From Octopus vulgaris (lineage: Eukaryota): a stretch of DNA of 64,000 nt. The DNA lies in contig OX597826.1 of the NCBI GenBank assembly GCA_951406725.2, forward strand, positions 44,206,001 through 44,270,000, written 5' to 3'. Below are positions 42,090-57,073 of this stretch, piece after piece. The notes beneath the pieces are model-generated. The model searched no databases. It had not been told where the DNA came from and worked only from the letters and a program-made list of their open reading frames with translations. The first letter of the stretch is position 1. Each line of letters begins with the position of its first letter. The position numbers and the translations under genes were made by a program.

Positions 42090-42222
42090 CAACAGGATTC
42101 TTCCAGTTTCCGTCTACCAAATTCACTCATACGGTTTTAGTCGGCTCGGGGTAACAATAGAAGACAGTTGCCCAATGTGTTACGAAGTGAGACTGAACCT
42201 AGAACAATATGGTTGGGAAACA
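41255..42222 (-). mobile_element. SINE family D interrupted at its microsatellite by nested insertions
   Basis: 41255-41475 and 42085-42222 continue the family D sequence seen at 23805-24150; between them lie a hammerhead-like fragment and a family B SINE. Confidence 0.7.
41762..42034 (-). mobile_element. tRNA-derived SINE family B
   Basis: Minus-strand head GGCGCAATGGCCCAGTGGTT...GGTTTCGATTCCCAGACCGGGCG; body matches 57741-58035. Confidence 0.85.
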
Positions 42223-42655
42223 ATATATTTTTATTGCGACCGAGTTCTTCTTGTATATAAATGCAAGCAGCATGACATTATATCTGAGGATGAGTAATTG
42301 TAGTTATTTTCGTACATGCAGGCGTTTTTCCTGTATGTATCTAAGACTTAGTGAGTATTTAGTTGAAATGTTGCTACGTCTCTTCTAGCGTTTTTATATT
42401 TAGATGTTTTACTGTAAGTTTTAATGTCTTCTCTAATATTCAAATTCCATTTAGGTCAACTGTGCCCTTCATCCTTTTGAGATCGATGAAATAATTACCA
42501 TTTATGCACTGGGGTCGATGTGATCGACTAGCTCCCTTCCCCAAAATTTCAGACCTTTTGTGTATAGCAGAAAGTAATACAATATTAGAGAGTGTGTTAT
42601 AGTGCACCTAAGGTCTAAATATAATCGAATTAGTGAGGAAGTTGATGATGCTATA

Positions 42656-43444
42656 CGAGGGGGTACCCAAAGGAAACCAGAATTTTGTAATATTATTTTA
42701 ATGACTTAGATTTACATGTTTACACTTTCATCTCCTTCAAAGTATTCTACATTTGAAGCAGTGCATCAGTTCAGGCCCATTTTCCACAATTCGATTCTGT
42801 GCTGGAACTCTTGCGAAGTGAAACCCTTTAACCGTCGTTTTTTCTTCACCATTTCCATATCTGCAAATTCTTTAGCACCAGCTTTCGTCATCAGTGATGA
42901 CCTTCGAAAAAGGGTCCAGATGAACTTCCAACTGTTCTTTCAGTTCATGACACGCATTCACTCGTAACTGCTTGGACACATCAGCCATATCAACAAGTTC
43001 GTCAATTGATCAGCGACGGTCCGTCAAAATCAGTTCATGAATTTTCATGATGTTTTCATTCATTCGGGAGGTCACCGGCCGCCCTGAACAAGTTTGGTTC
43101 TCAAGCGACAAGTGGTCATTCCTAAAGCGTGTAAACCAATCGTAAACTTGTTTTGCTCATGGCAGCGGTCTTGCAAGCTGTTCGAAGCATGACAACTGTT
43201 TCGGTCGCCGTTTTCCCCCGGCAGAAAGCAGAATTTCACGGAAGCACATTGTTCTTTCGTTTCAGCTATCGCAAAAATCAACGAAGTAAAGATGCACCAC
43301 GTGACAGTAGGACTACACTTGATGACGCTGGTTGGCATAGTGATGGCTGAGGGTCACATCAAGTTACCTCTATCGGCAGAAGTCTGAGCTACGACGGACT
43401 TGTCTTACAGAGAACATTTCCGGTTTCTTTTGAGTATTCCATCA
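42656..43444 (-). mobile_element. Mariner-family transposon, internally deleted
   Basis: Imperfect ~28-bp TIRs flanked by TA; minus-strand peptides EQCASVKFCF (N-terminus), ITDDESW (first catalytic Asp) and EYFEGD (C-terminus). Confidence 0.88.
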
Positions 43445-44762
43445 TATATTTGATTAGTGTATTACTGCCTCGGGAGTAAATGTTTTTTAAGGCTTTGAAC
43501 GTTGCTATGAATATCCGCCTTTTGTGGCATGTGTGTACCTGATGGTAAGCGTCATAGTCGCATTAGGTGAAATTTTGATCTAGCGGATGTTGTGTTTGTG
43601 TTACTGTAGTTTTACTTTTTATTATAGTGTTGTGAATATCCACAGTGATTAAAACGTTAAAGCGTTTAAGTTGATCATAAAGTTTTACATATCTTTTATA
43701 AAAGCTGTGCGTAATTTGTCTTCACTTCAGGCAAACGAATATCAACCAATGTTTTTCATTTATGATCATCGTGCTTATAATTATCATCAAATAATACGTT
43801 AAAAATTGGGAGTTTAGGAATACATTTAAAGCAACATCTACGGAGGATCCCCTGACTATGTTGTGTGTTTTAACTAAGAGACGGCATGGCATATTGAATG
43901 TGTCGTCTCAAAGATGGGACACGGTTCGAACAAATGAATAATGAATACACAATACTGTAACTCATCCATTCGATAGTTAGCATCCAATATTTGACTACAA
44001 GAAGTATTTTGTGTTTAGAAATGTCAATTCCACTGAGGTCAACCTTGTCTTTAATCGTTTCGAAGTTCAAAAAATTTCGGTCAACGTTGCCTTTCATCCT
44101 TTCAGGTTCGATATAATAACGTAGCAACCGAATGCTGGGGTGGATTGGGAGGGGTCGATGGTATCAACCCATCTCCTGACTATAAAAAATTGCTGACCTT
44201 CTGTCAAAATTTAAAATATTTTAAAATCCCCACTAGCGCTGTCTAAATAATTTCTAGTAATGTAAAATTAATGCTGTTACAAATATTTCGATGCATGGAG
44301 TTTTTATGTAAAATTCAAGCAGAAAGTAGCATTTATTAAATAGAAAATGAAATTAGCTTGCAGATAGAAAACCGTCAATTCATATTCATCCGTTATTAGA
44401 CTTTTCTGAGGAGTCAGCTCTGTAAATGAGAAGAACTGGCTAAAATCCATCTGCCATTAATGAGTATTATGTGACTTGGCATTGCATCAGAGCTGTTGCA
44501 TTTAAGAATTAGAACATTCATTTTTATTAGCATTTTTTAATGTTCTTAATGTATTTTCGAGAATGATGGAGGAGTAACATTTTTGTTTGAAATGTTTTAT
44601 GTTAATAGGAATGCAAATGTTTAATTTACTGTTACTTATCCAATGCAGATTCACAAGCAAGGCAATATTTCAGGATTTTGCGTTCATGAGCAGTGAAGTA
44701 TTCAATGCCTTCATTGATGCAAATAGAAGCATCCTTTCTGCTGTGGTATGAACATACATACA

Positions 44763-44946
<184 letters not shown>

Positions 44947-45162
44947 TACACATACATTCATACATACATACATACATAGATATATGTGTATTTGTGCGTA
45001 TATATATATATATACATACATATTTGAAATCAGAACGTAGCGGCAGATGAAATACCGCTCAGCATTTCGCCCGTTTCTGCCAGCTCGCCGCCTTCACACA
45101 TACATATTCATATACATGTATATATATGTAAATATCTATATATGTGTACATATGTACAGACA

Positions 45163-45201
<39 letters not shown>

Positions 45202-46069
45202 ACAGGCATACAATATAGCATCAACTAGGTGTACTACTGTACACAAAAAAACGGACTGTATTAATATGTTATATCAGCAAATCTAAAGTAAAATGCTTCC
45301 TTGCTTCATACTATTCTGCTAGAGGGCAGCACTTGTAGAACAAGGATCGGCAGAATACCTATCTAATTAATGTTATCAACAAGGTATGTTGGGGCCATTG
45401 AATATGCAACGCTGTTGAACGATCCTAATTTATTTATATTGAAATTTACAATGTACATTGAAAATCGCTTAATAAACGTTGTAAAGTTGTAGGAATTTCA
45501 TCGAAATGATGAGTCATCTTTCATTGTAGCACTTAAACATCCACGGAAATTTAACATGAAAAGAATGATTTTAGAAAATTGGAATTGAATTTTTAAAATA
45601 ACTTAATTATCAACTGAATTATACATCGAATATGTTCCAACATGTCGAAGCACCGGTGGTGAAAGCCCTTTAATCCCTCGAATCGAATGTGTTATAAAGA
45701 CAGGCGAAATGAATGGGAAGCCGTTCTTCTGTGATCGACGCAGTAGAGATTAGCATATTTGCGTTCGAATCTGCCCGAACGTATTAAGAATAAATATGTA
45801 AGTCATCGTGAATATTTGCAGTTCCTTTTAAAGTTAAAAATCTAACAGACAATTACGGTGAATTATTAACCATAATTAAAACTGGCCTAGCAAAGCACAA
45901 TTGAGAAAGGACAATTACCATTGGTCAACGAAGAAATCCGTATGTTTGTGCACTACTTGCTGAAAATAGTAATCGTGACTCTCCAGTTATTTCATCTATG
46001 ATCTTAGAATAATAATCCTGAATGCTAAAGGCATAGGACCGGAAATGTGTACGTGTGTAGTGTGGTCGG

Positions 46070-46665
46070 GGCTAGTCGATTAAGTCGACTCCAGTGCTCA
46101 ACTGGTACCTGTTTGATCATTTGTGAAAAGACAAAAGGTAAAGTCGACTTCTTCGAAATTTGAACTCAGAACGGAAATCCGGAAGAAATGCTACCTGACA
46201 TATTGTTCGATATGGTAACGATTTTGCCAGCTTACGGCTTGCTAATAATGGTTTCAAATGTTGGTCTAGGGTCAACTATTTTAAAGAGGAGATAAGCTGA
46301 TTTCATAATCACCAATGCTCAAGCTGATACTTATTTTATTGACACAAAAATATGAAAGGCAAAGTCATCTCGGCGGCCCTTGAACTCAAAGTGTAAAGCC
46401 GGAAGATATGCTATTAAACATTTTGTCCGATGCTATAACGAATCTGCTCGCTTGCCGTCTTAATAATACCAGTAAGTGTTGGTTCGAGTTTTGGCACAAG
46501 GGCAGAGATTCTGGGAGCAGCTTGTAGTCTGATTCATTCGACCACAGTGCCCATTAGGTACTTAGTTGTTCGATGAAACACGAAGTCGACCGTGACGAGA
46601 ATTGAGCTTACAACATAAAAAGAGTATTTTGTCCGACGCGCAAACAATTTTGTCAATTCACCAAT
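46070..46665 (-). mobile_element. Three tandem old SINE family C copies
   Basis: Repeated AGTGCTCAACTGGTAC...AAAGTCGAC...TTGAACTCA...TTGTCCGA...TGCCAGCT blocks at about 46075, 46295 and 46525. Confidence 0.7.
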
Positions 46666-47317
46666 AATAAAAATAAGAAAGAACGCATTAGATGATCTAG
46701 TTCTAAACACCGCAATACAGACGGAATAGTAACGCTACTGCAGTAGTTTTGATCATGAGTCTGAACAAGTACAACAACAGCGGCTGCAACAAAAATAACG
46801 ACGAGAAATTAACAACAACGAGAACAACAACAACAAATGATTGACATAGGCGGAAAAATAAGAGACACCGGAAATATCTTTATGCTTTTCAAAATATATA
46901 TGAGTAATAATTACGATAAATATCTACTCCAATATATGCAAGTAGAGTGTTATCTGATTGATGCTATCTCTCGCACAACTTTCAAACAGATGTGTTTCTC
47001 TTACAGAAAGTTACACAAGAGCTATTTAATGCAAAAATATAAAATAAAGAAAGAAAACAAAGGAGGATGAAAAAAATGAAAGCTAACAAACAAAATATAG
47101 ACTCTGCAGCTCTTTCAATTTGATTATCGATTCGTATTTACATCTTTAGTCATTTGCGCAGTTAGCTATGTAACTAAATTTTACGCAAAGTTTGTGTCCG
47201 TTAAAAGAGAACCACACGACTGATTTGATCACAGAATTCGATAGTTTCTTACTTGAGCCGAGCAGGAAGACATGCGGGTTTTTCAAGTACGGACATGCAT
47301 CAGAACGTTCGTACACA

Positions 47318-47393
<76 letters not shown>

Positions 47394-47781
47394 AACGTAC
47401 AAGCCCATACAGGATACACATATTCATACACATCTATGGACCACGCATAACCACTCACTCACATCCACAAAGACTCACACACATAAAAACATATACAGAT
47501 ATGCACGCAGAGATATATTTGAGATATACATGTGTGTGTGTGTATGTATGTATGTATGTATGTATGTATGTATGTGTGTATGTGTGTGTATGTGTATATA
47601 TATATAATCATATATATATATATGTATATGTATATATATGCATATCTTAAATATATCTATACCAGCGTGCACATCCGTGTTCATACACACACATATGTAT
47701 GAATGCATACATATAATACACTACCGCACACACCCACACATATATATTACATATATGACTGTGTATATATGCTTATATGTG

Positions 47782-47822
<41 letters not shown>

Positions 47823-48748
47823 TTATATTAGTGTGTGTTTATATATGTATGTATGCTCTCCGAGTGTACGCGTGTGCATGTGTGTGTGTGAGCAGAAATA
47901 AATAGCGCTGTTTGAAGCCTGAATTATTTCATAGGTGCCTTTGCACTTCCATAGTTGTTGCATGAGAATCACCTAAATAAATATGGTACATTACTTAAAT
48001 GCAATCATACAATCGCATATCCATGTTCTAATTGTTTCCACTGTTTATGTAAGTTAGCTTCCAGTCTCAGTGCATGGCTTTAAGCTGTATTCTCTATGGG
48101 CTTTGTAACAACATATGTATGTATAATAGATCAAAGAACGCATATTATCTTGTCTATATAATAATAATACATAAACTGGCAGATTCGTTACAGCATCAGA
48201 GGAAATTGCCATCAGTATTTGTTCCATAGTTTTACAGATTGAGTTCAAATTTCACCGAAGTTGTCTTTGCTTTTTATCATTTCGAGATCATTAAAAAAAG
48301 TGGTACAAATCAAGGATTTGGGACTGGTTGAGCAATAAAAATAGACTAGAAGCCTTATGGTATTTGTTCCAATATTTTACAACCTGAGTTCAATTCACGG
48401 CATATACCTCTAAAGTATTAGAATTAAGCCAATACTTATTTTGGCAACTCCACACGTCGTGGACTCGAGCATGTTGCAATTATTTGAGATGAGTCTCTCG
48501 TCTGAAGCAAAATTCCTACCTTCCTGTCTGCCACCAGTCGCGGAGGTCCTATAAAGGATCATGATCGAATTACTTCCTACATGGTTCTAACGACAAAAAA
48601 GAGATTACCATTTCAGAGAAAAATCGCATCTTTGTATAGTTCGTTCCGGTATATTTCTGCATAACACTAATAGCATATCCATAAAATACCAAGGTAATGT
48701 ATATCAACCGAAAATACTAATCGACTGTGTTGTAAAGATATTCCGTAT

Positions 48749-48826
<78 letters not shown>

Positions 48827-49735
48827 CTGTGTGTGTGTATATGTATATATATATATATATATATATAAATGTATGCTTATATATATACATATATATATAT
48901 ATATAACAGTATGCTTTTATATATATATATATATATATATAACAACCTCGACTTAAAACGTGGATTCACTGAGAACACATGAAACCATTTGTCCATAGTT
49001 ACATGTCTGGTATCTGGCTACTAATCTTACTATTCAATGATTTATCGACAACTAATCAAAATCTATAATACATAAACTTGAAGCTTAACAAACTACACTA
49101 TACTATAATGTGTTTTACATTAAAACCTTATGATCTTTATGACAAAGTCAACTTTTATTTCAATCATAATTTTAAAAACGTACTCGAGATACATCTTTGA
49201 TGATAAGTATCAATGAAACAACACTGTTTTGTTTACTTTGTTAGCCATTAACTTTGTAACTGTAATCGCAATATCTATCTATCTATCCAGATAGATATTA
49301 AATATGGCGGGGCACATAATTTTTCCTTATATCGTTGATTTTTATGGCTTTGTCTGTCTATTATGTAAATACATCATGTTTCAAAATAGAAAAAAAAAAA
49401 AAGGTTTGTAAAAGTATATAGGTATATAAATATATGAATGTGATTGAGTGTCTGTATGATTCTTTGTGTGTATGTGTGTGTGAGTATATTTATTTGTATA
49501 GTTATAACAACGCAAACTAAGAGAGCATGTCTGTATCAATATTCATATAAAGACAGGCAAGCAAGCGAACACACACAAACACACACACACACACATACAC
49601 ACACACAGAGACTCACACACACACATATTTATATATGTGTGTTTGAGTGAGTGCGGTAGGATATACAGTATGCCTATATATATATGTATTTTTGTACATG
49701 TGGGCATCATATACATATATATGTGTACTTATGTA

Positions 49736-49783
<48 letters not shown>

Positions 49784-49922
49784 CAGATGTACATATATGC
49801 GTGTATATATGCATGTGTATGTGTTCGTATGTGTAAATTTATATATATATATGTATAGATAATATGTGTATAGATGTGCGCGCATGCATATATGCACGGA
49901 CACATATGTAGATATACGTATA

Positions 49923-49965
<43 letters not shown>

Positions 49966-50380
49966 TATATTATACTATATTATATTATATTATATTATAT
50001 ATATATATATGTATGTATTTCTGTGTCTGTGTGTGTATTCATTTACAAATCAAATTCTTTCACTTTCAACGAGAGGTAATTAGATATCAGTTTAGTGAAG
50101 GCAGACATTATTTCTATAAATGAATAGACACAGAAATTGTTTTCTCTTTATTTGCAGCGTACTAATCTTGGTATCTTTCGAATTGTTATAACAGAATTGA
50201 ATAAAAGAACGCCGGCAACAACAATAGCAACAACAAAATGTATGTGGGTTGGGTGCTGGGTGGGTGGGGTATGAGTTCAGAACACAGCCAACAGTAGAAG
50301 CATCCGCAGCAATATTTGTCATGATCAAGTTGAAAAGTAAACAAGAATAAAAAAAAAATCGTCGAAATCAAAGTAATATA

Positions 50381-50454
<74 letters not shown>

Positions 50455-50488
50455 ATACATACACAGACGTGTATGTGTGTGCCTCTGA

Positions 50489-50589
<101 letters not shown>

Positions 50590-50705
50590 CACATATCTAT
50601 GTGTACATTTATTAAATATCTATATTTAAATGCATATATATATTTGTATATTTATGTATATATCTATATTTATATGCTACATATATACATACATGTAGAT
50701 ATATG

Positions 50706-50740
<35 letters not shown>

Positions 50741-50773
50741 ATATACATATATACATATGTATATATATACATA

Positions 50774-50812
<39 letters not shown>

Positions 50813-51619
50813 CTATTTATACACACACACACATATAAATGTGTGTGTATATTTACGTATATGTATGTATATACGTATATGTTCGTATATGGAATAGAGA
50901 AAGTTTAATAAGCATAGATACATCTGTAAGAAAAGTGTGTTTGCTTTCATTATTGCTGAACAATATAAAGGATGAGCTGACCTGAGAAATGAGGAAAAGC
51001 ATAGTAGCATTAATTTCGATTATATTCTTTCTGGAAGATTCCTTTTCTCCTTCCGGTTCTCTGTTATACTTCGCAATTCTTTCGCTTGTTCTATCGTTCT
51101 CTCTTTCTTTCTATCTCTCTCTCTCACTTTTCTACTTTTCTCGCTTTCTCTCTTTCTGTTATGTTTTGTTTTGGTTTTTGCCTGCTTTCACTTAAAACTG
51201 TTCAAATCGAATTTATAGTTATTGTTTATGTATAATAAAAACTATATGAATGATATAAAAGATATTATAACAAAAGAATCAACAACAGAAATGTAACAGT
51301 AAAAAAAAAAAAAAATTAATAAAATAAATAAATAAACCAAAACAAAGAATCCTGTTCATATTTTAATAATAATTTCATTTAATATAGAGCAGCAGCAGCA
51401 GAATTTCGTCGCTACCAATGAATATTGACTTAAAGGCTAACTCTCATGAACCGCAAAAGATGTTATAAAAACAGCAAGTCTCTAAACTTGCTTCTCTTAA
51501 ACGGTTAATTCCTGTAGAGCGGCGGCCGGCTCTTTCATGCATTTACAAGAAATTAAAATATCACAATAGATCTGAAGTTATCGTCGTCGTCTGTAAAACT
51601 ACTACTACTACTACTGCTG

Positions 51620-51658
<39 letters not shown>

Positions 51659-51689
51659 ATACTGCTGCTGCTGCTGCTTTACAATTCAG

Positions 51690-51947
51690 GCCATGCAGTC
51701 CTGCAAAACGCGGGAGACGGGGTAAAATCAATTCCATCGACCTTCCCAGTGCTCAACTAGTTGTTATTTGTTTCTTTTTTATCGATCCAGACGGAGTGAA
51801 AGGTAATGTCGATTCGATCGTCGCGTCAGGACTTGAACTCAAAACACGAAGTACCGTAAGAAGGGACGAAACGTCGCTTAACATTTTGTCCTATTGTCCG
51901 AAGACGCTAAGGATTCTGCCACATCGAGGCTTTACTACTACTACTAT

Positions 51948-52006
<59 letters not shown>

Positions 52007-52500
52007 ATAATAATAATAATAATAACAATAATAATAATAATAATAAGAATAATAATAATAATAAGAAGAAGGTTGGCGCAAGTTAGCTATTTTCGTATCA
52101 AAGGGTTTGTCGACAATATTGGCCCCCATGCTCAGCTGGTACTTATCTATACCGAACGGATGAAACACTGCTAAGCATTTTGTCTGACGTGTCTTATTAC
52201 TACTACTAATAATTACAAGAAGAATAAATAAACAAATAAATAGTTACTGTTACTACTGTGAATAAATTATTAGTTTTATTATTATGATCATCATTACGGT
52301 GGTGAACTGAACTGACTCGCAGAATCATTAGCAGCACGCCGGGTAAAAGTTTAGCGTCATTCTGCCCGTATATACGTTCTGAGTTCAAATTCCGCCGAGG
52401 TCAACTTTCCCTTTTATTCTTCAGGGTCGAGGAAATAAGCACCAGTTGCGCATTGGGGTCGATGTGATCAATTTCAGGCCTTCATCCTTATGTAGAAAGT
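51690..52500. mobile_element. Cluster of SINE family C copies with (ACT)n/(AAT)n tracts
   Basis: Minus copies near 51690-51930 and 52075-52190; plus copy 52298-52500 with GTTCTGAGTTCAAATTCCGCCGAGGTCAACTTT. Confidence 0.7.
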
Positions 52501-53670
52501 ATTATTGTTGTGGTTGCTCTTCTTGTCGTTGTTGCTGCTTCTAAGGAGGAGGTGGCAGAATTCTTAGCTCCAGAAGGGGCAAAAATGATTAAGAAGAAGA
52601 TACCATAAGATCCATATATACGTATATACATTTTTCTGAACGTCTGCTAGAATTTCACTTTCTAAGTTCGGCAAGATTTTACTAATTTACGACCGGGGAG
52701 GGAGTGGTGGTCTTAGTTAACTCGATAGTGTAGCCGAAGGAACAAATTAAATCTGAATTTGCTTTACTCTGAAATTTTTAAAATGTTGAGGGTATTTTTA
52801 ATAAATTAAATAGGATAGCGAAGAAATTGTAATTGTTTTAGAATGTTGATGATCATGTGTTACAGTCAACAATATCTATACAAAATAGCCAGAAGGTCAA
52901 CTTATAATATTGCTTAATCTTAAATACAGAAGCTTACACTTAAGTAGCGTACCCTGGATACTAATACTTCAGTATAAGTGTGTAGAAAAATAGAGGAATA
53001 CTAGTGTGTATGTGTGCTGTAACTATCTTTCTATGTGTGTCTGTGTGTATTTTATTAAGTTGATTATTTAATTGAGAGATGTTTAATAAAAATTAGAGTT
53101 GTTTTATTTCTTTTTATTTTTTGTTTTTTTTTCTTACCCCCACAACGTCTATAACTATCCAGCTATTTGTATACGCATGTACTGTTCTACACATTTATTC
53201 AATCTGTCAGTAAATATAAACACTCTTTAGCTGCTGGCGGCATTAGAAATGCATACGATACATTGACTGTTTCGAATGTGCTTGATTTTCTGTGAGGAGA
53301 AGAGCGCATCAGTTGTTATTCTAATTGTCATGGAGCAAAACCACTTCAAAATCCTTCAGGAAATGTTAGTATTGTTTTGAAGTGGACAACAGAATTATCT
53401 CTGGTAAAAGCATGTAAGTCACGTAGCAAATATAACATTATATAATGTTTCATTCTGAAGAATATTTCTCTTCATTTTTCTGCCATGTTTTATATTTTTC
53501 TCTTTTTCTATATAGCTCTTCTATTTATTTTTCCATTCTCTCTAAAACTGATGCTTCTCCTTAACATATCAATATACTCTCTCATTCTTTGCATAAACAC
53601 ACACATATGCACACACATGTATACATATATACATATATATATAGTTATATATATACTTATATATATATAA

Positions 53671-53752
<82 letters not shown>

Positions 53753-53860
53753 ATATACGTACCTATGTATGTATGTATCTACCTATCATCTACCTATCTA
53801 TCTACCATGAATCAATCTCTCTATCTATTTTTCTGTCTACATATATGTATATATTATGCG

Positions 53861-53926
<66 letters not shown>

Positions 53927-54480
53927 TGTACTTGTTTATGTACGTCTATTCGTCTATGTGTTCGCGTGCAGTGTGTGTGTATTTGGATATAAATCATCAT
54001 CAATACGGCGGATTCATAATGATATCTTATAATCACAGAAAGGGAAGTTTTGAAATGTATTTATAAAGCCGTTTCTATAAGAATGTCATTCATCGTTGAA
54101 TAATTCTTGTTTCTGATATGTCTCCTTCACGAAGAATGTTTTAAACCAAGAATAAACATAATGATCAGACGTTGACAAATAATTCATGGATATTTAAATA
54201 CTCAGCGTAGACAGGACGTAGAACTCCAGTAATTAAACATGCATAGTTTTGTTCAGTGTTGCAATATAATCCGCTGCACATGATACTAACACGCATCGTA
54301 AGAGTTTGTATGCGTATTGAGAACTAGTATATAATGTACAAAGATACTTACATATCCACATGTGTGTGTGCAAGTGTGTGTGTATATGCATGTATGTATA
54401 TCTGTGTGTGTTTACATGTATGTATATATATATATATGATATAAGGTATCTTTCTTTCTTTTGTTATCTTACCGTTTTTA

Positions 54481-54523
<43 letters not shown>

Positions 54524-54531
<8 letters not shown>

Positions 54532-54915
54532 ATATTTCGGAATGGTCATATTGCCAGTTTAGCCAATAAACACACACGCACTATATATTTGGTGTTATTT
54601 TGCTTCAGTGATATTTATTTTTTACATTAATCTTAATCTTATTTCGGCCAAAGTTCTTTCGTCACACTCCTGTGACCGCATCAGTGGTCCTTTGTTTTCT
54701 TCTCACTTACTTGTGTCTCTCCTTACAAGTAAGTGAGAAGAAAACAAAGGACCACTGATGCGGTCACAGGAGTGTGACGAAAGAACCTTGGCCGAAACAA
54801 GATTAAGACCAATGCAAAAAATAAACATCACTGAAGCAAAACAACACCAAACACATAGTGCGTGTGTTTTTATTGGCTAAACTGGCAATATGACCATTCC
54901 GAAATATAACAATAT
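54524..54915. mobile_element. Near-perfect 392-bp hairpin element (191-bp arms, 10-nt loop) with hammerhead-like motif
   Basis: 54524-54714 pairs with 54725-54915; inner 62 bp perfect; motif CCA CTGATGCG GTCACA GGAG TGTGAC GAAA GAAC (C/T)T TGG. Confidence 0.9.
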
Positions 54916-54968
54916 CTGTTTCAACACACGACTTCACATAAAAAATCTTGCACAACAAATATTTAAAC

Positions 54969-55001
<33 letters not shown>

Positions 55002-56062
55002 CGTACACATTTGTATGTATATATGTATATGTTCATGTATAAATATTAACTTATGTATATACTTATATAAAAGAATCGGGTGATTTGATCAAGTGTTTTA
55101 TAAACGTACATAATTCTACATCATAAAAGTAATATTCTGGCAGTCAAAGAGCTTCAAAAGAACTCCAGGATTATCTTTATGAAACATTGATTATGGTAGT
55201 CTTCATGATGTTTGGGTCATCTTAATATCTAGGATTACGCTCTTCGTTGATTTTTTTCTGTGGAATGTCTGTATGCTTAAAGCAATGTTTATTAAGACTA
55301 TGACCAACTAAAATCTTGTATCTGATTTTGCGATAAATAGTAGATACATAGCAGTCAAATCTCTCTTAAATTAATGCCGAGAGATATGAAACTGGAAGGT
55401 CGCTGTATAATGTAGTTCTAAGTATACGCAATATCTAAAGAAAGGATCAGGCTTTCACGGCTGGAACGCTTTTGATCGTATATATGCTGGTTTGAGGATT
55501 TTCAAACACTATGCATTCGTTTCCACTGTCATAAACTTGTGGAGGATTCCATATTATTCTCTGAATATATTTGGAAGTCAAACGATAAATAAAAGATAAC
55601 TAGATGTCACATGCAATACTGCAAAGAAAAGCGATATGATTTGGATGAATGTGCTGTCACCAGGTTTTGTGGAGAAATAAAATATTATTTGGACCCACTC
55701 TGATCCTAAATTAAATATATGAACGTATTTAAAATTTTCCTTACACGTCTTAATTCCAATTCGCGTGCTTAAAGATATACTTCTCTAAATAATTGGTTAC
55801 TGATGTCAGAGACAATGTGAGTTCCTTAAGTCATAGCTATTCCAAATTCTATCATTCCGCCATTATCAGTCACATATTTGGAATTGCTGGAAGAAAATTC
55901 TATCAATTTTATTATGAAAATGAAGGGGTAAACCCGGGTAAAAAATCAAGTGGATAAACGGGTGAATAATTCTGAGGCAGATAATTCGCTGTTTTATACA
56001 AACAGTGAGTGAGAGAAAGAGAGAAAGAGAAAGAGAGAGAAATAGAGAAAGAGAGAATGAAC

Positions 56063-56093
<31 letters not shown>

Positions 56094-56299
56094 AGAAAAA
56101 GCATTTGTGGCCCTGATATTGCAGTGGGTTGGCAACGAAGTATTTGTTATTCATTTACCCAACCGATTTTTGACTTCTCTCTGCGAGGTTTGTGTATGCA
56201 GCATAAGCACTTATACCGAAGAACATGACTGAAGCTCACTTAAACTTTGGAAAGAGTTAGAAGACACTTAGCGATGAGGGATTGCTTTCGATGTTATAC

Positions 56300-56515
56300 T
56301 ATTCTTTATACTTCTTTCAGTCAGTTGCTTACAGCCATGTTGTAGCACCAACTTCAGGGGTATTAGTCGAACAAATCGAAGCCAGGACTTACTGTTCGTA
56401 AATCCAGTACCCATTCTATTGATCCCTTAACCGAACCGCTAAGTTACGGGAACGTAAACACAATAACATTGATTTTCAAACGATGGTGGAGACAAACACA
56501 GACATAAACACACAA
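56300..56515 (-). mobile_element. SINE family D, partial
   Basis: TTAGTCGAACAAATCG..CCAGGACTTA...CCGAACCGCTAAGTTACGGG..CGTAAACACA. Confidence 0.75.
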
Positions 56516-56537
56516 TATACATACATACATACATACA

Positions 56538-56629
<92 letters not shown>

Positions 56630-56796
56630 TTATTATTTGACTGAACGCCACGCATCCATTTCCAACTAAGTTTCTCTTAATCATTTGTATGCGAATCTTA
56701 TCTACACTATTTTCTCCCCTATCGTTTTCTCTCTCATCCTTTCTCTAATTCCCTTTTTCTCCCCTTCACCATTTTCTATTTGTCTCAAATTTTATT

Positions 56797-57002
56797 TTGG
56801 TACTTATGGGAGCAACTGTCTTCGAAAACCCATATTGTCGTTCAATGCTCGAAATGAGGAGTAGACAGACAACCGACAACTGATGAAGGGTCGTTCTTTA
56901 TGCTACTTGTCCTGTTATCCATTTGTTTCTGTCGTTGTTTGTGTATTGAACACATTTGTTTTCGTATTTCATTTTGTTTACTGTTGGTGACGTCATGGAA
57001 CC
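56797..57002 (+). repeat. Second copy of the 154-359 repeat
   Basis: Aligns to the reverse complement of 154-359; contains CTGATGAAG. Confidence 0.75.
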
Positions 57003-57015
57003 TTGTATGCATATG

Positions 57016-57057
<42 letters not shown>

Positions 57058-57073
57058 TATATAAAAGGAGTAA

